This document shows positions 26,136 to 32,000 of a stretch of DNA of 32,000 nucleotides, one piece after another; position 1 is the stretch's first letter, and every line of letters begins with the position of its first letter. The translations under genes and the position numbers were made by a program. The notes under the pieces are model-generated. The model worked only from the letters and a program-made list of their open reading frames with translations, was not told where the DNA came from and searched no databases. The stretch is from Psychrobacter sp. DM4 (GTDB taxonomy: Bacteria; Pseudomonadota; Gammaproteobacteria; Pseudomonadales; Moraxellaceae), in NCBI RefSeq assembly GCF_051307035.1, contig NZ_CP195536.1, positions 1,800,001-1,832,000 on the forward strand, given 5' to 3'.

Positions 26136-26924
26136 TTAGTGATACTGTGCCAGTAAATTTTCAAAGTTTTTTGCAGTAATCATACCAATCTCTTTAGCTG
26201 TGCACCCTTGTAGCTCAGCGAGACATTCAGCGACATAAGGCACAAAAGCGGGCTCATTGGGGCGGCCGCGCTTAGGTACTGGCGCTAGATAAGGACTATC
26301 CGTCTCTATAAGAATTCTATCTCTTGGCATATTTTGCGCCGCCTCTTTTATCATCTGCGCACTTTTAAAACTGACAATCCCTGAGAACGAGATATAAAAG
26401 CCCAAATCAAGCGCGCGTTTGGCCGTCTCCCAGTCCTCGGTAAAGCAGTGAATAATGCCATGCTCAGCACCCTCGGATCTTAATATATCAATGGTGTCTT
26501 CTTTGGCATCACGCATATGCACAATTAGAGGCTTTTTGAGTTGCTGGCTGGCATGAATATGACGCGCAAGGCTTGCCTGCTGCTCACGCTTATTATCTGT
26601 TGACCAGTAATAGTCTAGCCCCGTCTCCCCTATCGCCCAGACATGATCGCTGCTCGCTGTAGCCACTAAACGCTCAACGCTCGCTGACTGTAAGATGCCG
26701 ATATCTTCGCAAGGATGCACACCGACACTCATGCCAAGACTTAACTGCTCATCGCTAAAGTCCTTGATAATAGTGCTGATTTCATCATGCTCAGCAAAAT
26801 CACACATGATAGCCATAGCACGCGTGACATTAGCCGCTTTCATCGCGTCGATAGCGCCTGATAGTTGACCGTCGTATTTGGTCAAGTCTAAGCGGTTGAG
26901 ATGGCAATGGGTATCAGTAAACAT
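26136..26924 (-). CDS. TatD-family metal-dependent hydrolase (YcfH-like)
   Basis: MFTDTHCHL..., IGETGLDYYW, PLIVHMRDA, GIIHCFTEDWE and ILIETDSPYLAP are the canonical TatD motifs. Confidence 0.9.
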   Translation of the reverse strand: MFTDTHCHLNRLDLTKYDGQLSGAIDAMKAANVTRAMAIMCDFAEHDEISTIIKDFSDEQLSLGMSVGVHPCEDIGILQSASVERLVATASSDHVWAIGETGLDYYWSTDNKREQQASLARHIHASQQLKKPLIVHMRDAKEDTIDILRSEGAEHGIIHCFTEDWETAKRALDLGFYISFSGIVSFKSAQMIKEAAQNMPRDRILIETDSPYLAPVPKRGRPNEPAFVPYVAECLAELQGCTAKEIGMITAKNFENLLAQYH

Positions 26925-26995
26925 AAAACATTCTCATTATTACAGTTAGATTTTTGAAGAATTCATTTATTAATCATACGAATATGGGGAGGTAA

Positions 26996-27577
26996 TTAAC
27001 CACAAAACATAGAACAGGATAACGTCTTACTCGCCTTATCAAAATTTAATTCTGTTTGACAGCTCATGGCTTCACTGCTCTGATCATCGACATCATATCC
27101 CGTTGACGTATTTTTGTATTTTACATGAATACCTTCGCTTGCATCATGATGAGTACCTTGTCTAGGGTTATCCGCTGTAATGACATATGTAGCACCTATT
27201 GGGCTTTGCGCTGTATAATAAAAACTAGGTCTTAACTTCATAAAATTAACGTCTTTGAACACCATAGAAAACTGCTTGTAGTGAAAATCTTCATCATTAG
27301 TATCTTCTTTGAGCTTATCTAGTGGCAAACCAAAAGCAGTGGCATCTTTTAGATAGTAAGTTGTGGTCAAATCATTCCCACTATATTTATTTTTAACCTG
27401 TGTTTCATCCTTTTTTAGGATAGAAGTTTGATATTTTTTGGGTAGCTCATCCATCACATGAAAGCTAGAAGTACAACTATCTTGTAGGACTGTGAGTCTA
27501 GGCGTCCAATCTACTTCTGCCTGCGTTATCGGCATTACTGATAATAATGCTATACCAACAATCATGTTTTTAATCAT
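26996..27577 (-). CDS. Hypothetical exported protein (signal peptide, Cys-containing), no family recognised
   Basis: 193 aa. The N-terminus MIKNMIVGIALLSVMPITQA|EV looks like a Sec signal peptide. There are 5 Cys residues in total, 4 of them in the predicted mature part. The gene is more AT-rich than its neighbours on spot counts. Confidence 0.55.
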   Translation of the reverse strand: MIKNMIVGIALLSVMPITQAEVDWTPRLTVLQDSCTSSFHVMDELPKKYQTSILKKDETQVKNKYSGNDLTTTYYLKDATAFGLPLDKLKEDTNDEDFHYKQFSMVFKDVNFMKLRPSFYYTAQSPIGATYVITADNPRQGTHHDASEGIHVKYKNTSTGYDVDDQSSEAMSCQTELNFDKASKTLSCSMFCG

Positions 27578-27654
27578 CTTTACGCCCTTTAATGGTCATT
27601 TTTATAGTCAATCACTCTCAAATCTATCACTTTTATCATATCAAGAATCTATGG

Positions 27655-29442
27655 TTAATTGAGCGGCACCACTCGCATCACCTCTTCTATGCTAGTAATG
27701 CCCTCACTAATGCGCTTGGCACCAGAGAGTCTGAGCGGCTGTACGCCTTCACGGTATGCTTGCTGTTTGAGCGTATCTAGATTAGCATCAGCGGCGACTA
27801 GTTTTTTGAGCTCACTGGACAGTGGCATGATCTCGTATAGTCCAATGCGTCCTTGGTAGCCCGTATGACGACAATGCTCACAGCCTTGTGCCCTATAGAT
27901 TCGATCTGGCAGCGGCGCACGCCAAGGTTGTACAAGCTCCTGCCATTGAATAGCAACGTCGCTGTCTGCGTGCGTGGTCTCTGCTACTTTACAATGCGAG
28001 CAAAGCGTCCGCAGTAGGCGCTGCGCCATCACGCCCAGTATCGTCGCTGAGGTCAAAAAAGGCTGCACCCCTAAGTCATGTAAGCGCGTCAGCGAGCTTG
28101 GTGCATCATTGGTATGCAAGGTTGAAAGCACCAAATGCCCTGTCAAAGACGCCTGCACTGCCATATTCGCCGTTTCACTATCTCGTATCTCCCCGACCAT
28201 TATAATGTCAGGATCTTGACGCATCAGCGAGCGAATACTATCCGCAAAATGCAAATCAATCCCAGCGTTGACCTGCATCTGATTGAATGCCGGCTCAATC
28301 ATCTCAATAGGATCCTCAATCGTACAGACATTGACCTGCTCAGAGGCCAACTGTTTGAGCGTACTATATAGCGTCGTGGTCTTGCCAGATCCTGTGGGAC
28401 CTGTCACTAAGATGATGCCATTAGGATTCGCCGTCAGCTCATGCCACATCTCAAGTTGCTTGCCAGATAGCCCTAACTGAGCAAACGTGCGCACTAAAAC
28501 TTCTGGATCAAAAACGCGCATAACCAGCTTTTCGCCAAAGGCGGTTGGCAAGGTTGATAAGCGTAGTTCCGTTTCTAGACCGTGATGCGTACGTGTCTTT
28601 AAGCGACCATCTTGCGGTTTGCGCTTTTCGGCAACATTAAGCCGGCCTAATATTTTGATACGAGCGGTGACCGCTACCATGATCGCAAGCGGCATCTCAT
28701 AAACGGTATGCAACACACCATCGATACGAAAGCGTACTTTGCCCGTCTCGCGGCGCGGCTCCAAATGAATATCACTGGCGCGCTGCTCAAAGGCATATTG
28801 GAGTAACCAATCGACCACTTTGACGATATGTTGATCGTTAGCATCAGGATTGGTTTTGTCACCCAACTGCAACAAGGCCTCGACATTGGTGACATCGGCA
28901 GCGGCGCGTTTATGTAGGGTGTTTGCCCCTGCGATCGCTTGTGTCACCTGATAGAACTCTTGGCGATAGCGATTTATTTGTTCTGGGCTGATATAGACAG
29001 TGCGATAGTCTCGGCCCTGAATTACCTTGTCTATATTGGTTTGCCAGTCCACAAAAAATGGCTGGTCAGTACCTATCACTACCTCATGAGCCATGATTTC
29101 TATAGGCAAAATATGTTGCGAGCGCGCATATTCAAAAGACATGATTTGAGTCACCGCAGGGACATCAATTTTTAGAGGGTCAATACGCACTAAACTCATG
29201 TCAGCCTTAGCAGCCAACCACTGATTGAGCCATGCCAGCGTGAGTTTTTGCTCTCCTTCTTGACTGGCAAGATGAGCATTTGCAAGACCAAACTCACTAA
29301 CAGTAACTAGTGGATGCTGAGTTTTGTCACGGCGACTGGTCATGACTAGATTGTAGCCGCGCGAGTCTATGACTTTATCAGCCAATAACTCATCAAGGCA
29401 CCAACGTAGATCGATAAGTAACGAAAATTTTGGAGTGGACAT
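27655..29442 (-). CDS. GspE/PilB-family secretion ATPase (T2SS / type IV pilus assembly class)
   Basis: 595 aa with Walker A GPTGSGKTTT, Asp box IEDPIE, Walker B DPDIIMVGEIRD, His box TGHLVLSTLHTN and tetracysteine CSHC...CEHC. A T2SSE_N-like region (IDPLKIDVPAVTQIMSFEYARSQHILPIEI...VVIGTDQP) is preceded by ~90 further residues. No platform (GspF/PilC) gene is adjacent. Confidence 0.9.
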   Translation of the reverse strand: MSTPKFSLLIDLRWCLDELLADKVIDSRGYNLVMTSRRDKTQHPLVTVSEFGLANAHLASQEGEQKLTLAWLNQWLAAKADMSLVRIDPLKIDVPAVTQIMSFEYARSQHILPIEIMAHEVVIGTDQPFFVDWQTNIDKVIQGRDYRTVYISPEQINRYRQEFYQVTQAIAGANTLHKRAAADVTNVEALLQLGDKTNPDANDQHIVKVVDWLLQYAFEQRASDIHLEPRRETGKVRFRIDGVLHTVYEMPLAIMVAVTARIKILGRLNVAEKRKPQDGRLKTRTHHGLETELRLSTLPTAFGEKLVMRVFDPEVLVRTFAQLGLSGKQLEMWHELTANPNGIILVTGPTGSGKTTTLYSTLKQLASEQVNVCTIEDPIEMIEPAFNQMQVNAGIDLHFADSIRSLMRQDPDIIMVGEIRDSETANMAVQASLTGHLVLSTLHTNDAPSSLTRLHDLGVQPFLTSATILGVMAQRLLRTLCSHCKVAETTHADSDVAIQWQELVQPWRAPLPDRIYRAQGCEHCRHTGYQGRIGLYEIMPLSSELKKLVAADANLDTLKQQAYREGVQPLRLSGAKRISEGITSIEEVMRVVPLN

Positions 29443-29474
29443 AATATTCTTCTTATAGTGATACAGAGTGTCAT

Positions 29475-30338
29475 CTAATCGACAAATCTGACCTTGATGA
29501 TTTGTAGTCCGCCACCCTCTATCTGAGTAAAACCAACGTCAATGGATTTGTAGCGCATTGTAAAGGGGGTATTTAGCTCTGATTGACGATAAGCAGGCCT
29601 GGGGTCTAAAGCAATAAGTGCTTTGATATGATCGATATCTGCTGCAACGACTTGCTTTTGCACCTCGTTTAACATGCCCTTTATACTTAGACTTTTTGTA
29701 TCGTATTTATCTGTTTGTTGAGCGTTCACAATATGCATGAATTGCTCTGAGGCCAGTTCGGTCAGGTCAATCTCTAGGGGTACTGGTGCCATTGGGGCAA
29801 AGCCATCACTGGTGCCATTTAGCGCATCGCTATAACCGACGTAAGGCTTTATATCGATGACAGGGGTACTATCTATCATATCAGCGCCGCTTATTACGAG
29901 TATCACGCGGCCCTCGATGATATCTATACTTTCTAGTTTGACAACTGATAGTCCTAGACCTGAGGGCCGATACATACTACGGCTGGCAAAGACGCCAATC
30001 TTTTGATTGCCGCCCAATCTTGGTGGTCTCACTTGTGCTCGAAACGGCTTTGTATCGATAAGCGCTTCAGAGTGATAAGAGCCCTTGTCAATTAAGCATT
30101 GTGTCTTATTGTCTGAATTAGATTTTAAGGGGTGATTCTTTACCGCGTTGTGATGAAACTGCCAACTGATCCAAATATGGCTAAAGGCCTCTAACCCATC
30201 AAAAGCAGCTGGCGTATCATAAGGCGTTATCATCTCTATTATGCTAGACATACCAACCAGATTTGGCTGCCTTGGTGTGCCAAACTTTTGTGATAAAGGC
30301 GCACGGTGGTACCCTATAATTGGTGAAATATGAGCCAT
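29475..30338 (-). CDS. trmO: tRNA (t6A37-N6)-methyltransferase TrmO (TsaA/YaeB family)
   Basis: KFGTPRQPNLV, FSHIWISWQFH, VRPPRLGGNQKIGVFASRSMYRPSGLGLSVV, STPVIDIKPY and DPRPAYR parallel E. coli YaeB. A ~30-aa insert lies between the FSH.W and VRPPRLGG motifs. Confidence 0.85.
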   Translation of the reverse strand: MAHISPIIGYHRAPLSQKFGTPRQPNLVGMSSIIEMITPYDTPAAFDGLEAFSHIWISWQFHHNAVKNHPLKSNSDNKTQCLIDKGSYHSEALIDTKPFRAQVRPPRLGGNQKIGVFASRSMYRPSGLGLSVVKLESIDIIEGRVILVISGADMIDSTPVIDIKPYVGYSDALNGTSDGFAPMAPVPLEIDLTELASEQFMHIVNAQQTDKYDTKSLSIKGMLNEVQKQVVAADIDHIKALIALDPRPAYRQSELNTPFTMRYKSIDVGFTQIEGGGLQIIKVRFVD

Positions 30339-30689
30339 CTAAGATTGCCTTTTTTGATATTCGTACTAAAACTTAGCCGCTAGTCTTAAAAAAAACGCCT
30401 TTAATACGATAAAACTTACTAACGATATTCTATTTTATCATGCTGAGCTGGCACGGCAGGACGGATTTTAGCCTTAAAATTTGTTATTATAGCGAACACT
30501 ATCTATGACAGCTAAAATTACCGCTACTACTAGGTTAGCTACGTTGAAATTAGAAAATGTTGAGATAAAAACTAAAGGGCGGCGCTAAATACTAGATACA
30601 CTACCCTGATAATACTTACAACGCATACTTAAGTAGATTAGGTTTAGGCCTGACTCATTTAAACATTGAAGAGAAGAAACGAGGACTTT

Positions 30690-31463
30690 ATGTCAAAACT
30701 TCGCACTGAGACAGTCACAGAGGTTCATCACTGGAACGATTCGCTGTTTAGCATCAAAACCACGCGTGACGACGGTTTACGCTTTCGTAATGGTGAATTT
30801 GCGATGATAGGTATGGTGATAGATGGAAGACCGCTACTACGTGCCTACTCTATTGCTAGTCCTAACTACGAAGATCATTTAGAGTTCTTTTCTATAAAAG
30901 TTCCAGACGGTCCATTGACCTCACGCTTGCAACATATCAAAGTTGGCGATGAGCTATTAGTGAGCAAAAAGCCAACGGGCACCTTAGTATTAGATGACTT
31001 ATTACCTGGCAAGCATTTATACATGCTCTCAACAGGAACAGGTCTTGCACCCTTTTTATCATTGGCGCGCGATCCTGAAGTGTACGAGCGTTTTGAGAAG
31101 ATTATACTCGTACATGGTGTACGCCACCAGCATGACTTAGCTTATCGAGAGATGTTCGAAGAAGAGCTGCCTAATGATGAGCTGTTTGGTGAATGGTATC
31201 GCGAAAAGTTTATCTATTATCCGACGGTCACGCGCGAGGACTTCAGAAATACAGGGCGTATCACTGATTTGATGACCTCTGGTAAATTCTTTGAAGATAT
31301 TGGTTTGCCGCCGATGAACAAAGAGGATGATCGTGTCATGATATGTGGTAGCATGCCCTTTAACGCAGAGGTATCTGCTATTTTAGATGACTTCGGTCTG
31401 ACTGTCTCTCCACGTATGGGCGTACAAGCGGACTATGCGGTTGAACGTGCGTTTGTCGGCTAG
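30690..31463 (+). CDS. fpr: Ferredoxin-NADP+ reductase (bacterial Fpr subclass I, Azotobacter/Pseudomonas type)
   Basis: VHHWNDSLFSIKTTR, RAYSIASPNYEDHLEFFSIKV, MLSTGTGLAPF and a C-terminal ERAFVG. I prefer ATG 30690, with GAGGA 5 nt upstream, over the ORF-track TTG 30666. Confidence 0.9.
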   Translation: MSKLRTETVTEVHHWNDSLFSIKTTRDDGLRFRNGEFAMIGMVIDGRPLLRAYSIASPNYEDHLEFFSIKVPDGPLTSRLQHIKVGDELLVSKKPTGTLVLDDLLPGKHLYMLSTGTGLAPFLSLARDPEVYERFEKIILVHGVRHQHDLAYREMFEEELPNDELFGEWYREKFIYYPTVTREDFRNTGRITDLMTSGKFFEDIGLPPMNKEDDRVMICGSMPFNAEVSAILDDFGLTVSPRMGVQADYAVERAFVG

Positions 31464-31509
31464 AGAGAGGTGTTTATTATAAAAACAGAGGCAGCTTAGC
31501 AAATAATTC

Positions 31510-31537
31510 TTGACGGTTACCTTTAGACTGCTATAAT
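31510..31537 (+). promoter_or_regulatory. Candidate sigma70 promoter for tRNA-Leu (extended -10, GC-rich discriminator)
   Basis: TTGACG (31510-31515), a 16-bp spacer, then TGcTATAAT (-10 at 31532-31537) followed by ACGCGCC. It lies 63 nt upstream of the tRNA. Confidence 0.55.
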
Positions 31538-31600
31538 ACGCGCCTATACTGCTTAGCCTAATTCGATAATACTTGTGCGTTAATTATTATCCGCTTACAT

Positions 31601-31687
31601 GCCGGTGTGATGGAATTGGTAGACATGACGGATTCAAAATCCGTTGCCTTTATAAGCGTGTCGGTTCGAGTCCGACCACCGGTACCA
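31601..31687 (+). tRNA. tRNA-Leu (anticodon CAA), class II with long variable arm, encoded CCA
   Basis: Acceptor GCCGGTG/CACCGGT, D-loop GGAATTGGTAGAC, anticodon stem-loop ACGGA-TTCAAAA-TCCGT, long variable arm, T-arm GGTTCGAGTCC, then ACCA. It is very similar to E. coli tRNA-Leu(CAA). Confidence 0.9.
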
Positions 31688-31703
31688 ATATGCAATATCA
31701 AAT

Positions 31704-31729
31704 AAGCCTCCTACTTTGGAGGTTTTTTT
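31704..31729 (+). terminator. Rho-independent terminator after tRNA-Leu
   Basis: AAGCCTCC-tacttt-GGAGG followed by TTTTTTT. Confidence 0.8.
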
Positions 31730-31750
31730 GTGCTTTTAAACCATAACTTA

Positions 31751-31987
31751 CTAACTTATACATTGAGTAGGCATGTCAACTTCTTCTTGTTTGACCGCCA
31801 TTATCTTGATAGGTACCGCGCATGTCCATGGTGTGCCTTGATCGCAGTAAAAGTATTGATCATCGCATGAGACTATGCAAGCCGTAAAATCATTACCACA
31901 ATGGTCCCTCATTGCTTGCTCATCACTATCATCATCGACCGCGCACCATATTTGCTCGTAACCCCATGCAATCATCGCACGTGTCAA
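31751..31987 (-). CDS. Hypothetical small acidic Cys-rich protein (78 aa)
   Basis: This is an ORF only. It has 8 Cys in 78 aa and no recognisable family. It sits at the window edge, immediately downstream of a tRNA gene. Coding status is unproven. Confidence 0.3.
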   Translation of the reverse strand: MTRAMIAWGYEQIWCAVDDDSDEQAMRDHCGNDFTACIVSCDDQYFYCDQGTPWTCAVPIKIMAVKQEEVDMPTQCIS

Positions 31988-32000
31988 TTCACTTCCTATC

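Noticed and set aside
580-29175. Many 60-107-aa ORFs in the six-frame track lie inside or antisense to the large genes. Examples: 580-783, 978-1175, 1235-1441, 1793-2116, 3313-3552, 4406-4705, 6065-6346, 7196-7441, 7789-8049, 10107-10337, 14912-15226, 16610-16859, 17201-17467, 18277-18549, 19058-19282, 20210-20521, 25136-25348, 27974-28480, 28939-29175.
   Set aside because: Each is fully embedded in, or opposite to, a long ORF with a clear conserved-family translation. Their translations are low-complexity or biased (R/S/L/C-rich), as is typical of shadow frames. None has a recognisable motif or an independent SD or start context.
30440-30508. A 22-codon ORF (MLSWHGRTDFSLKICYYSEHYL) in the 350-bp trmO-fpr intergenic region; also a search for a riboswitch or sRNA there.
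   Set aside because: The ORF has no SD, no conservation signal that I can assess and a trivial length. I could not recognise any known riboswitch or sRNA structure in this AT-rich spacer.
1-32000. CRISPR arrays, transposases, integrases, toxin-antitoxin pairs, and rRNA or other large RNA genes.
   Set aside because: Reading through all the intergenic regions, I found only three kinds of repeat: short two-copy tandem repeats (18 bp at 5916, 15 bp at 23667), isolated palindromes and the single MITE-like element. There are no regularly spaced repeat-spacer arrays and no ORFs with DDE, tyrosine-recombinase or TA-like features.

Overview
This is a chromosomal, mostly housekeeping window from a moderately AT-rich gammaproteobacterium. 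Gene content, protein sequences and the scattered type II secretion genes look Moraxellaceae/Psychrobacter-like, but that is inference only. Left to right it contains: the 3' end of a YihY/BrkB membrane protein gene; a coupled HlyD-adaptor + 2x ABC-2 permease operon with no ATPase gene; sthA; ppsR divergent from ppsA; a GYF+RDD membrane protein; rpsF-rpsR-rplI; glycerate kinase; a DadA-like FAD oxidoreductase + YoaB/RidA pair; an SMR efflux gene; a solitary UvrD-family helicase; ychF; a dGTPase-like HD protein; and a FabR-like TetR regulator. Next comes a ~274-bp MITE-like palindromic element. It is followed by a long minus-strand block: gspK-gspJ-gspI-gspH, a TetR regulator, tatD, an AT-rich exported orphan, a GspE/PilB-family ATPase and trmO/tsaA. 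The window ends with fpr, tRNA-Leu(CAA) and a small Cys-rich ORF at the right edge. I saw no CRISPR array, integrase, transposase or obvious defence island. The observations most worth a second look are the ATPase-less ABC-2/HlyD operon and the split secretion block. That block has an orphan ATPase, an exported orphan protein, an embedded TetR and a GspH with a ~68-aa pre-cleavage leader. Also notable are the MITE-like element and a recurring pattern of polar low-complexity extensions or insertions in otherwise conserved proteins. All functional calls rest on my reading of the supplied translations; no database search was run.
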